Source: Chitinophaga pinensis
GTDB lineage: Bacteria > Bacteroidota > Bacteroidia > NS11-12g > UBA955
NCBI GenBank assembly: GCA_945890895.1
Contig: CAMDDG010000002.1
Location: 40,048-104,047, forward strand
Direction of reading: 5' to 3'
DNA: 64,000 nucleotides
Both the position numbers and the translations under genes were made by a program. Shown here piece by piece: positions 41,082 to 51,400 of the stretch (its first letter is position 1; every line of letters begins with the position of its first letter). Under the pieces are notes generated by a model. The model was not told the DNA's origin and did not search any database. It saw nothing but the letters and a program-made list of their open reading frames with translations.

Positions 41082-43208
41082 TTACTTCAAAATCATTACC
41101 GCACCTTTTATCGTTTGGCGGCGAATACGATCGCCCACTTTTTGTTCGTACCGATAAATAAATGGATAATTTCCTTCCATGCAAGGTTGTCCATTGGCAT
41201 CTCCATACCAACGATACTCTCCACTACGTTCAGAATCGAAAATAATTTCACCCCAACGATTGAAAATTTGCAATAACACTGGCTGAATATCGCGCCCTTG
41301 AATTTCAAAGTACTCATTTCTATCGTCGCCATTAGGAGTAAATGCAGTTGGAATAAATACATCACAGAATCCATCCGATACTTTAACTTCCATGAAATCA
41401 GTTGCCGATCCACAAGAGTTGGTCACTGCAACGGAATACACACCCGGAGATGAAACATATATTTGTGTGTCATTACTACCTGTGCTCCATGTTATAGTTG
41501 CATTTGGCCATGTCTGTTTTAGCACAATTAACGACCCTTTGCAAATTAAGGTATCACCCGGCAAAGATGCTTGTGGTGTTAATTGGTAACCCACATTCAC
41601 CGTATCTCTCCATTTACAACCATTATTATCTACTTCAGCCCAATAGGTTCCGGCTGAAAATATGGGTCGGGGATTTACAGATGAAGCATTTTCCCACAAT
41701 ATAGTTCCAGCTGAAGTAACGAATAAAGCCAATGGTTCATTATCACAAACTACGGTGTCTTTACCCAGCGTAAATCGAGGCAATGTGTTGATTTGCAATG
41801 AAGATATCACAGAATCCGGACAGAATGTATCCCGGATTACGTATTTAATATTGTGAGTTCCTGCTTTTCCCGGGGTATAAATGTTTCCATTAAACGTACC
41901 TTCGGTTGCAAAAAATAGTCCTTTATTGCTGGTAGGAGTTAAAGTAATGGGTGCACCGTTTTCACAAGTAAACGTTGGTAAACCGCTAAAGGATGCATCC
42001 ACATTGGGTTTAACATGAATCATGATGGTATCACGACTTTTACATCCTTCTGGACTTTCTGCTTCGTGAATAATTGGGAATGCTCCCACGCTTCCATAGG
42101 TATGAGTAATACTCTTATTGGTGCTTGTGGTACCATCCCCCAAATTCCAATAAAAACGTGATAGTCCGGGAAAGGTATTATCGAAAACAAATGAATTTCC
42201 ACTCTGACATTGTATCGAATCGTTAATTGTAATTCCACTTGAAGGATTGGGAATTACACGAATCCACAAAGAGGCTGTATCAGTACAACCGGTTGGGAAA
42301 TTATCGAAATAGGTCTCACTCTTGTACTTTATTTGAATGGTTCCTCCTTGGGTGAATTTCTTCACAGGTTTTGGTATGGTTGAAGAATCCGTTGCACTAA
42401 AGTACCAAGTTCGTGTATACGCCATTTTGGGCAAATTCTTCAGTGAAGTGTTATCTGCAAAAAAGAATTGATTTCCCTCTAAACATTGGGCTAAATTATT
42501 ATTCAACTCAATGGGCTTACTTACAGGACGAGGGATGATTTTTACTGCAAACGAATTGGTATATAAATCCGTACATCCATAACTTGGAGAGGCAACCAAT
42601 GTTACTTGATAATTACCTCCTTCTGCATAAGTGTGTTTTACCGATTTTGTACCTGTATCTTGTTTTCCATCTTGAAAAATCCAGGTGTATGAAACACCCG
42701 AAAAAGTAGATGATGACTTATTGTTGAACGTAACTACATTGGTTCGTGAACAGCTGTCGTTAATGGTAAAATCAAAATCTAAAACTAAATTTTGAGTTTT
42801 AAATGAAAAACTTGCATAAGAAGACGTTAAAAAGTCAGGACTTGCCGCACCGTCGTGTTCAAAAATGGCAACATGATAGGTTGTATTGGGCTTCAACCCT
42901 CTGAGTATAAAGTTATTGGTAAAATTATTAAAACATGCGTAGTTACCCGTACCTACTTGTTGACCCGATTTAAACGTATTGAACGCGGTATAATTGGTAC
43001 CATCGGAAGGGGTAGCGTCTACGGCACTACCTTCTTTAACTAACACGAAACGCCAAGATCCGTTACCATTTGTCCAGGAAATGCTTGCTTGATTACACGT
43101 AATGCCTGTAGCCTTAGCATTAGAAGGTGCTACAGTAGGTTCAGCTGCAAAAAGTTGTTGTATTCCCAAAGCAACAAACCAGATCATAACAAGGGCATTT
43201 TTCAGCAT
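41082..43208 (-). CDS. Surface protein with a T9SS type B (gliding-motility-associated) C-terminal sorting domain
   Basis: Signal peptide, an Fn3-like N-terminal domain and PKD-like repeats (WIFQDGK...HTYAEGGNYQVTL; WNLGDGTTS...HTYGSVGAF). The C-terminus IPTAFTPNGDDRNEYFEIQG...IFNRWGEIIF...WYGDANG...GNYPFIYRY matches the type B CTD pattern. Confidence 0.85.
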   Translation of the reverse strand: MLKNALVMIWFVALGIQQLFAAEPTVAPSNAKATGITCNQASISWTNGNGSWRFVLVKEGSAVDATPSDGTNYTAFNTFKSGQQVGTGNYACFNNFTNNFILRGLKPNTTYHVAIFEHDGAASPDFLTSSYASFSFKTQNLVLDFDFTINDSCSRTNVVTFNNKSSSTFSGVSYTWIFQDGKQDTGTKSVKHTYAEGGNYQVTLVASPSYGCTDLYTNSFAVKIIPRPVSKPIELNNNLAQCLEGNQFFFADNTSLKNLPKMAYTRTWYFSATDSSTIPKPVKKFTQGGTIQIKYKSETYFDNFPTGCTDTASLWIRVIPNPSSGITINDSIQCQSGNSFVFDNTFPGLSRFYWNLGDGTTSTNKSITHTYGSVGAFPIIHEAESPEGCKSRDTIMIHVKPNVDASFSGLPTFTCENGAPITLTPTSNKGLFFATEGTFNGNIYTPGKAGTHNIKYVIRDTFCPDSVISSLQINTLPRFTLGKDTVVCDNEPLALFVTSAGTILWENASSVNPRPIFSAGTYWAEVDNNGCKWRDTVNVGYQLTPQASLPGDTLICKGSLIVLKQTWPNATITWSTGSNDTQIYVSSPGVYSVAVTNSCGSATDFMEVKVSDGFCDVFIPTAFTPNGDDRNEYFEIQGRDIQPVLLQIFNRWGEIIFDSERSGEYRWYGDANGQPCMEGNYPFIYRYEQKVGDRIRRQTIKGAVMILK

Positions 43209-43215
43209 AATTACA

Positions 43216-43223
43216 CAAATATA
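43216..43223 (-). promoter_or_regulatory. Candidate -7 box TATATTTG, 7 nt upstream of the type B cargo ATG (43208)
   Basis: CAAATATA on the plus strand. Confidence 0.45.
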
Positions 43224-43408
43224 GTTAAATAGACACGTTTAGAAAGAATTCGTGGTCTACTTATTGTAAAATTATGGAAATATTACCAAACCTTTCAAAT
43301 AATGAGCTTCTATCAATATTGTTGCCTGCTTAAAGTAGATCATTAAAAATAACACTAAACCTCGTGAATGTTGGAATTAAGTTAAGTAAAATTTGAAATT
43401 TAATAAGA

Positions 43409-44137
43409 TCAAATTTTAGGTAATATGATTCGGTCTTCGGGGATAGCGGGTTGATTCATTAACTTCAAAAACAATTGACATAATGTTATTACATCTTTCA
43501 GGCAGTATTTTTCTATTCGGGGCAAATCGTTATTTCGATAATAAACATCAGCAACTTGGCTACCATCGATGTCGTCTTTGGGAGTAGGGATTCCAAATAA
43601 ATGAGCCAACAAATTTAAGGAAGTAAAGCTTTTATAATCTCCGAATTTCCAAAGTTCCATGGTATCTAAATTATTAATTTCCCACGGTTTTTTTCCCGCT
43701 GTATCTAACAAGTAAGGCAAAGTCAAGCCGTGAACAAGCATCCTCCGAGATAAAAAAGGAAAATCAAATTCCTTGCCATTGTGGGCACACAAGCGCGATT
43801 TATCAGTACTAAAATACACTTTAAGTAAATCAGAAAATTCCTTCAATATCAATTTTTCATCATCACCGGCTATTGACTTTAAACGCAAACTGGTTTGATG
43901 TGGAAACCCTGTAATAATTCCAACTCCAATGCAAATTACTTTTCCAAACTCTGCATAGATAGCCGAACGATCGTATAAGTCAGCAGCAGTAATATTCTCC
44001 GTTACCAAGGACTTTGCCTTCTTATCCCACAAGGATTGCCAATCGCTATTCAAGTGAGAATACGATGGCGTTGCGGGAACCGTTTCTATGTCTAAAAACA
44101 AAACTTTATTTAGATCCAGTTGTGAAAGTATTTGCAT
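43409..44137 (-). CDS. DEDDy-type 3'-5' exonuclease (PolB-exonuclease-like, RNase H fold)
   Basis: ExoI LFLDIETVP, ExoII CAHNGKEFDFPFL and ExoIII YCLKDV motifs. 242 aa. Confidence 0.7.
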   Translation of the reverse strand: MQILSQLDLNKVLFLDIETVPATPSYSHLNSDWQSLWDKKAKSLVTENITAADLYDRSAIYAEFGKVICIGVGIITGFPHQTSLRLKSIAGDDEKLILKEFSDLLKVYFSTDKSRLCAHNGKEFDFPFLSRRMLVHGLTLPYLLDTAGKKPWEINNLDTMELWKFGDYKSFTSLNLLAHLFGIPTPKDDIDGSQVADVYYRNNDLPRIEKYCLKDVITLCQLFLKLMNQPAIPEDRIILPKI

Positions 44138-44202
44138 GGTATTATTTATCTTAATCCGTTAATGATCTGGATTCACGACAAAACTACAAAATGCGGATAA
44201 CT

Positions 44203-44210
44203 TACTTTTG
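44203..44210 (+). promoter_or_regulatory. Candidate -7 box TACTTTTG upstream of ftsX
   Basis: Exact TAnnTTTG match, 36 nt before the ATG at 44247. Confidence 0.4.
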
Positions 44211-44246
44211 CGTTTGGCGTAATTTTTATGAATTTCGCATAAAATA

Positions 44247-45158
44247 ATGCAAGAAAATCCAATTAAACGCAAGAAACCATCGGCTTTACCGGGCATTTTA
44301 AGCTTAGCAGCTGTGATGTTCATGCTTGGACTTTTGGGTACCAGCATGGTAGGTTTTAAAGGGCTGGGGAAATATTGGCTGGAAAATACCAGCATTGATA
44401 TATATTTTCACGATAGCATTAGTGAATCTCAAGTTAGAATTTTAGAAACGGATATTCAAAAAAAATCATGGGTTAAACAAACCAAGTTTATTTCCAGAGA
44501 ACAAGCTATGAATGAAATGGGAGATAAATACGACCCTGATTTCATGAACTTTGTAAAAACGGTTCAACTTCCTTTAAGTGTCGAAGTATATCCCAAATCA
44601 GAATTTGCAAAATCCGAGTTTCTCAACAAAATGGCACAATACTACAAATCCAATCCATTGGTGGAAGACGTCATTTTTCAGAAAAATTGGCTAGAAAACA
44701 TTTCTCAAAATATTGTTAAAATTCAATATGCCCTTTTTTCAATTGCCGCACTTCTGATTTTAGTTTCCATTATATTAATTCAAAGTAATGTGCGACTGGG
44801 CATATACGCCAATCGGCATACCATAAAAAGCATGCAAATGGTGGGAGCAACAAATACCTTTATTATACGACCTTTTGTGCTTAAATTCATCCAATATGCG
44901 TTAATTGCTATTCCTATTTCGGGTGTTGCCATTTGGGCGTTATTTTGGCTGTTGCCTTCTATCAATGAATTTACGGGATTAGAAATTACCCAAACTACGG
45001 AATTGAATTTCACACAAGTCCTTGTTGAGCACATTGACATGAACGACCTCATTTTAATTTCGATAGCCATTTCCGTTTTTGGTGTTTTACTTGCTGCATC
45101 AGCTAGTTGGATTTCAACACGGAAATTCCTTAAAACGAAAATCGAAAATCTTTATTAA
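44247..45158 (+). CDS. ftsX: Cell division protein FtsX-like permease
   Basis: N-terminal TM segment, periplasmic domain and a C-terminal FtsX 3-TM domain (IKSMQMVGATNTFIRRPF-like: HTIKSMQMVGATNTFIIRPFVL). Confidence 0.85.
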   Translation: MQENPIKRKKPSALPGILSLAAVMFMLGLLGTSMVGFKGLGKYWLENTSIDIYFHDSISESQVRILETDIQKKSWVKQTKFISREQAMNEMGDKYDPDFMNFVKTVQLPLSVEVYPKSEFAKSEFLNKMAQYYKSNPLVEDVIFQKNWLENISQNIVKIQYALFSIAALLILVSIILIQSNVRLGIYANRHTIKSMQMVGATNTFIIRPFVLKFIQYALIAIPISGVAIWALFWLLPSINEFTGLEITQTTELNFTQVLVEHIDMNDLILISIAISVFGVLLAASASWISTRKFLKTKIENLY

Positions 45159-45206
45159 ATTTGTAAAAATCAACTTATTCATTCTAACAACATAATATAC
45201 CCTGCT

Positions 45207-45440
45207 ATGGCAATCAAAGAAAATAAATCCAATACTTCCCAGCAACCTAAGGTCATGATTTTCAATAAAAACAATTACTTAATGACCGCAATTAGTCTGG
45301 GCATCGTAGTTTTGGGATTTGTACTTATGAGCGGTACCGAAGGTGATATTTACGATTTTAGAAGAACTGTAATTGCTCCCATTGTTGTAATAGCTGGATT
45401 TGTTGTTGGTATCTACGCCATTTTCTACAAAAAGAAATAA
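45207..45440 (+). CDS. DUF3098-family small membrane protein
   Basis: 77 aa with two TM segments. FNKNNYLMTAISLGIVVLGFVLMSG motif. Conserved position between ftsX and uppP. Confidence 0.7.
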   Translation: MAIKENKSNTSQQPKVMIFNKNNYLMTAISLGIVVLGFVLMSGTEGDIYDFRRTVIAPIVVIAGFVVGIYAIFYKKK

Positions 45441-45449
45441 CTCGTATTC

Positions 45450-46211
45450 ATGACTTTAGTCGAAAATTTAATCCTTTCCGTCGTAGAAGGGCTAACAGAA
45501 TATTTGCCTGTTAGTAGCACTGGTCATTTAATGATGTTTCAGCATTGGTTGGGAATAAAAGATCCCAATATCGACACGTACATCATATCCATTCAGTTTG
45601 GCGCCATATTGTCGGTTGTTTTTTTATATTGGAAACGTTTTTTTCAGAAAAACTGGCTTCCCTTTTACACGAAACTCGTTATCGGATTCATACCTGCAGC
45701 TGTGTTAGGATTGTTGTTCGACGATGTTTTGGAATCCATGTTACAAACTCCCATAATTGTTGCTTTTTCATTAATTGCGGTTGGAATTTTCCTGGTCTTC
45801 ATGGATAAAATACTTAAAGAAGGCGATAAAACCGTTGATTCCATGTCGTACCTAGATGCATTTATTATCGGTATTATTCAGTCATTTGCCATGATTCCTG
45901 GAACCAGTCGTTCGGCTTCCACCATTGCAGGTGCTTTGGGTAGAAAATTAACAAAAACAGCGGCAACCGAATTTTCATTTTTCCTGGCTATACCCACACT
46001 TTCTGCTGCCGCTGCTTATAAAATGATAAAAAATTGGGACACACTCAGCGCTTCTAACATTTCCGATATTGCTATTGGAAATGTATTGAGCTTTATTACA
46101 GCATTTTTCGCTGTTAAGTTCTTTATTCAGATGGTGCAGAAGAATGGATTTCATATCTTTGGGTATTATCGAATCATCATAGGTATCATTTTTCTATTTA
46201 CACTTTTGTAA
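45450..46211 (+). CDS. uppP: Undecaprenyl-diphosphate phosphatase
   Basis: VEGLTEYLPVSSTGHL and PGTSRSAST motifs. Polytopic, 253 aa. Confidence 0.93.
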   Translation: MTLVENLILSVVEGLTEYLPVSSTGHLMMFQHWLGIKDPNIDTYIISIQFGAILSVVFLYWKRFFQKNWLPFYTKLVIGFIPAAVLGLLFDDVLESMLQTPIIVAFSLIAVGIFLVFMDKILKEGDKTVDSMSYLDAFIIGIIQSFAMIPGTSRSASTIAGALGRKLTKTAATEFSFFLAIPTLSAAAAYKMIKNWDTLSASNISDIAIGNVLSFITAFFAVKFFIQMVQKNGFHIFGYYRIIIGIIFLFTLL

Positions 46212-46240
46212 ATTAGTAGGGTACTTCAAGATACCTAACT

Positions 46241-46927
46241 ATGCACCCATTTAACCGGATTTCCATTTTACGCATTGCATTCTTATTTTGGGGGATGCAA
46301 GTAATCTCGGGTATTTCACAAAATCAAGCGAGTTCAATATCGCTTGCACGTTTAAAATATCAAGGCGGCGGAGACTGGTACAGCAGTAAAACTGCACTGA
46401 AAAATCTGGCTCTATTCTGCAATCAAAATTTAAAAACATCCCTTAAGACACAAGAATCCATTGTAGAAGTAGGGTCTGATGAATTGTTTCAATTCCCATT
46501 TGTCTTTATGACAGGTCACGGAAACGTAGTATTCACCGACGATGAAGCTGCAAATTTGAGGACCTACTTATTGAGTGGCGGATTTCTTCATATCTGCGAC
46601 AACTATGGAATGGATGTATTCGTGCGCCGTGAAATGAAAAAAGTTTTTCCGGAATTGGATTTCAAGCCCGTACCCTTTTCACATCCCGTATACCATCAAA
46701 AGTATGATTTCAATAGCGGTGTGCCCAAAATTCACGAACATGAAGGCAAACCCGCTGAAGGTCTTGGATTGTTTTGGAAGGGAAAATTAATTTGCTTTTA
46801 CGATTATGAATCCGATTTAGGTAACGGTTGGGAAGATCCAGAGCTTTATAATGACCCCGAGTATAAAAGAAAATTGGCACTCCAAATGGGTGCCAATTTA
46901 ATCAGTTTTGCCTTATTGGGCCAATAA
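46241..46927 (+). CDS. DUF4159-domain protein
   Basis: LARLKYQGGGDWYSS and PFVFMTGHG motifs, typical of DUF4159. Confidence 0.7.
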   Translation: MHPFNRISILRIAFLFWGMQVISGISQNQASSISLARLKYQGGGDWYSSKTALKNLALFCNQNLKTSLKTQESIVEVGSDELFQFPFVFMTGHGNVVFTDDEAANLRTYLLSGGFLHICDNYGMDVFVRREMKKVFPELDFKPVPFSHPVYHQKYDFNSGVPKIHEHEGKPAEGLGLFWKGKLICFYDYESDLGNGWEDPELYNDPEYKRKLALQMGANLISFALLGQ

Positions 46928-46940
46928 TTTTTAAATCCGA

Positions 46941-48320
46941 TTATCGAATTTCTCTTACCCAAACATTAGGAACAGAACCTTCAAAGTAGAACGTTCCTTT
47001 ATTTGCGTCTTTCTCGTTGGTGAAGTATTTTAAAAACACATAGAAACTCTTATTTCTAGGATCGTACACTTTAAATGCATTCACGTTCTTTAAATACAAT
47101 GATTTAATTTGTAAATTGGCTTTTTCTTCGGAAGCATGCAATCCCGCTACCAAATAGTAACCGGGTTCTGGTTTCAATTTTGGAATAGGAGGCAATTGAA
47201 TTCCTGAAGTATCATTCCCAAATCCAAAACCTTCCAAATCTTCTATTTTCTTAACAATTACATCCTTTTTGATGCGTTCACTTGGTGAATTTCCTTGACC
47301 TTCTCCATCACCATTTTCATCATCGCCATCGCCTTTACCTTTTTTATTTTTGCCATTTCCATCTTCGTCTTCATCATCGCTATCGTCATCGTCGCTACTG
47401 CCACCTTTCCCTTTTCCTGCACCTAAAGCAGCAAAACCAATGCGTGTTGTAAACTCATGCATTGGACCTAATAAACCACGTTGTTGGCCATCAGGAACCG
47501 TGTATGAATAGGATACTTTGATGTCCTCTTGCGGTGCAAATCCTAAATTAAACCCAGCTTGCCATATATTATTCACGCCAAAACCCATCCAAACCACATC
47601 ATCGTAATCTACCGAAACGTTGAACTGATAATATAAATAGTCCCAATTATACATCCCAACATGAACCGCTGGTTTCAGTGTGAAATTATCATCAATGGGG
47701 GCGTCATATCCCATGATAAAATTAGCCTGCGACTGTAGATCATAGCTCGCAGCATAATTATAGTACGAATAATCAAACGTAGGCTGCGGTAAACGTGTTA
47801 CTGAAAAACCAGTAAAGAAGCGATCCGTTCTGAAATAAGCAGATGCTCTTAAATCGGCACGAACAACTGGTGGACTAAACATTAAAGCCGTAATTTTAGC
47901 GTCGTTATCATCGTAAAAAATAGCTTTTGAAGGATCGAAGTTCTGCGACAAAACCCCAACACTTACACCCAATGCTAATTTTGAATTGGAAGTAATCCCA
48001 ACATTGTAGGCATAGGTAGCATAAGCATTGTGCATTTCTGAAAATGCAATATTTTCCTTCATATACATTAATCCAAAAGCCGTATTGGATTTTGGCAGCG
48101 GCATTGCTGAATTAAACAAGGTATGTTGGGGAGCTCCTGGCACATCCATGAATAACTTGTTATAATATAATGAAGCATAACCTTCATTGGTACGAGTGAT
48201 AGCTGCTGGAATGATTGCCGCGTGATCCATATAAAATTGATCCAAGCGAGCACCCATTTGTCCAAAGATATTTCCCACAGCCCCAACGATAGCGCAGGTA
48301 AGTATGGTTATTTTTTTCAT
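46941..48320 (-). CDS. PorP/SprF-family T9SS membrane protein with a C-terminal acidic linker and SPOR-like domain
   Basis: Signal peptide plus a PorP/SprF-like beta-barrel region (aa 1 to about 297; QFYMDHAAIIPA..., YSYTVP...GPMHEF). Then GGSSDDDDSDDEDEDGNGKNKKGKGDGDDENGDGEG. Then a beta-alpha-beta-beta-alpha-beta-like GYYLVAGLHASEEKAN...FYVFLKYFTNEKDAN segment. Confidence 0.8.
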   Translation of the reverse strand: MKKITILTCAIVGAVGNIFGQMGARLDQFYMDHAAIIPAAITRTNEGYASLYYNKLFMDVPGAPQHTLFNSAMPLPKSNTAFGLMYMKENIAFSEMHNAYATYAYNVGITSNSKLALGVSVGVLSQNFDPSKAIFYDDNDAKITALMFSPPVVRADLRASAYFRTDRFFTGFSVTRLPQPTFDYSYYNYAASYDLQSQANFIMGYDAPIDDNFTLKPAVHVGMYNWDYLYYQFNVSVDYDDVVWMGFGVNNIWQAGFNLGFAPQEDIKVSYSYTVPDGQQRGLLGPMHEFTTRIGFAALGAGKGKGGSSDDDDSDDEDEDGNGKNKKGKGDGDDENGDGEGQGNSPSERIKKDVIVKKIEDLEGFGFGNDTSGIQLPPIPKLKPEPGYYLVAGLHASEEKANLQIKSLYLKNVNAFKVYDPRNKSFYVFLKYFTNEKDANKGTFYFEGSVPNVWVREIR

Positions 48321-48489
48321 TTTACTGATTCAAAAAATTGAGTGATTGTTGATGTTTATTGTTCTTTCAATGAGCAGTTCAAATTTCTTTGTGTATATTT
48401 TTTGAACGGCGTATTATAAATGTAACTATTAATATTTCTAAATTTTTGTTTCTAATTCGACTTTGTCGACAGGGATTTCTATTATTAAA

Positions 48490-51400
48490 TTATCTAACCA
48501 ATTGAATGTATCCTTTGAATACTTCCTTGGTATATCGATTTTTCATATAATAAAAATACACGCCCTCTGGTACTTCATTTCCATTCTGATCTTGCCCTGA
48601 CCAGTCGTGTTGATAATTAGTTGACTCCCACACACGTTTACCTTGACGATCAGAAATCACGATATCATACAAGTGAATATCTGGGATATCTATTAAATTC
48701 CAAGTTTGATTCTGTTGATCACCATTTGGTGTAATGATGTTTGGTATTTTTACTAATGGAGGATCAATAATCTGCACCACTACAGAGTCGATATCATAAC
48801 AACCGTTGGAATCCAAAGCAGATACGTAAAATGTCATACTATCTGTTAATCTTTTTGTTGTAACCAATGCTAATGTTGAATCTTCAAAATAATCTCCAGG
48901 GAACCAACGAATATTGATCATAGCTTTGTCTACTCGCAACTTCGCTTGTCTTCCTCTGTAAATAATGGTATCAGAATATGCCTTAATGTCTGCGGCTTGA
49001 TACGCGTAAACCTGCACCGAATCAAAACCCTTACAAACTCCTCCATTAATTACTTCAAATCGGTAATTACCCGTTTTCGATAATCCTTTATACGAAGAGG
49101 TATCACCATCATCATACCAATAAATGGAATCACCACCTGAAATTCGGAAGAATGCTGAATCTCCTTTGCACAATGGCATACTACCCGAAACGAGTTGCCA
49201 ACTAACATTGGGGTAATCCGCCAGTGTATCTAAAGTCTTAACAATGGAATCGGCACATCCATTCTCGGTAAAAATGGTATACTTAACATCCCACGGTCCT
49301 TTATCTGTGTATAAAGATTTAAGCACTGTTTGGTTGGTATCCAGATCTCCGTTCCCAAAATCCCAAGTTCTCAAAACAATGGGTCGTTCAGATAGGCTTA
49401 AGGTATCAGTAAATGAAACGCTATCAGGCATACATTTTCCAGAATAATCAAATCCTGCTTTGGGAGATGGATGTACTACTATTTGTTGAACTGCACTATC
49501 GTTACAACCATGAATATTCTCAACATATAGCGAAACATTAAATGTATCGGGTTTTAAATACGTCTTGGTCGTAGAAATAGCCGGTTGCTCAAACACACTA
49601 TCTCCAAAATTCCATCGTGAGAATTTAATGGTGTCGTAAACATCAACTCCATAATTGTATACAAATGAATAATTGTGTCCGTTAAAACATTGGTTCGTGT
49701 CATTTCCGGCAACATTTAAATCCAATCCCATGGTAGGTTGTGGATTATAATACGACTGAATGGTACTTACCATTGAATCTTCACAACCTGCTAAAGATTG
49801 TCCCACCAATTTCAATGTATAAGCGCCTGGATTGGGCAGCAAATATTTAAAATTGGTATCATCGCTGATGTACTTATTATTCAAAAACCAGAAATACAGC
49901 ATACTGTCTCTGTGAGGATAACGCTGAATTTGACGACGTAGAGAAGTTGAATCTCCGAAACATACCTGCTGCACATCCCAAACAGGCGATGGTTTGGGAG
50001 AAATGATTACATCGCGATATACCGTTGCCCAACACAAATCCGTTGTCATAACCCGCAATTGGATCTTATATTTACCCGCTTTAGGATATTTAAAAGATGT
50101 AATTTTATTTGAATCAATCAGTCCACTTCCTCCGGGTGGTACCCAATTAAAATCCCACAGATGGCGATCAATGGTACCTCCAAAACTAACCACGGATGCA
50201 GAAGCATCTGCATACATAGTTTCATTATCGCAGGTATCATTCAATCGGATTACTGGGAAGGGCTTTGGGAAAATCATTACATCTCTGTATGGCATTGAAT
50301 CGATACAACCATTAATGGTTTCTACGATCAAAAATACTCTATTCGGCCCAGGGTGAGCATTTTGAAAGACCCAATCTTTCTTTGTTGTTTGCCATGGGGT
50401 GCGAAGTCCTTCGTAATTCCACATCCATTTTAGTGGTGCATTGGTAGCCCCTGGATACGGATTAGCCGTCATATTATTCACTCTTAACAATGAATTTGGT
50501 GGAGTTTCACATTGATCCGATGCATCAATGGAAGGTACTGGTTTACCATAAATAATTATATCTCGTACATCGGCAGCTACACACCCTCGATTGGTAGTTC
50601 TTGTAGCTACTACCTTATAAGAACCCGCTAACAATAACGTGTACTTAAAAGTATCCATAGATGCAACCGGATTGGGTATTGTGGTAGTCGGTTCAGGTGT
50701 CAAACCTTGAATCTTCCACACAGTTTGCACAACTACGTCATTATTTGGATTTCGAGAACCCAGTAATGAAGTTTCAAAATTATCGATCATCCAGAATCGT
50801 TCCTCCTGACAAATCGTTAAATCATCAAATGTGTCTTTCCCATTTAGGGGATATCTGAATACCTCCACACCATTAAAGCCCGTTAATTTGGGCGTAACAC
50901 CTACTGTAAAAACCAAATTCGCTTCATCGCTTACGTTGGATCCGTTGGTAATCTTCAATTTAAGTGTATAGGTACCGGCATGATTGTAGATGTGCCAGGG
51001 ATTTGGACCTGGATTTGCTGCAGATGGAATGGTTTTACCCGAAGCAGTACCAGTATATGCCTCATCTCCAAATGTCCATTGATATACTACATTCGATGCA
51101 TTCTGAGATTTGTTGGTAAATTTCACGGTATCTCCAACACAAGCTTTGAACATATTAATATCAAAACTTGCCATTGGATCCGTAAATCCAAGTGTGTTAA
51201 CCCCACCAATTGATGTGGTACTTCCCTTGCGATTTCCCAAAACAAAATACCCCAATGAAGGAGTATTAACAGCGTCAGAGGTAATGGTACCTTTTCTCGA
51301 AGCGGTTCCACCCTGCTTAACTATTGTCCATGCAGGTGGAGTTGTGCCACCTAGATTTTGTAACAATTGTAATTTGGTATGATCGTACACTCCGTCATTG

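Noticed and set aside
44159-44395. A 78-aa minus-strand ORF overlaps the ftsX 5' end.
   Set aside because: It overlaps the ftsX start and its candidate promoter. The product is low-complexity and hydrophobic with no motif, so it is most likely spurious.
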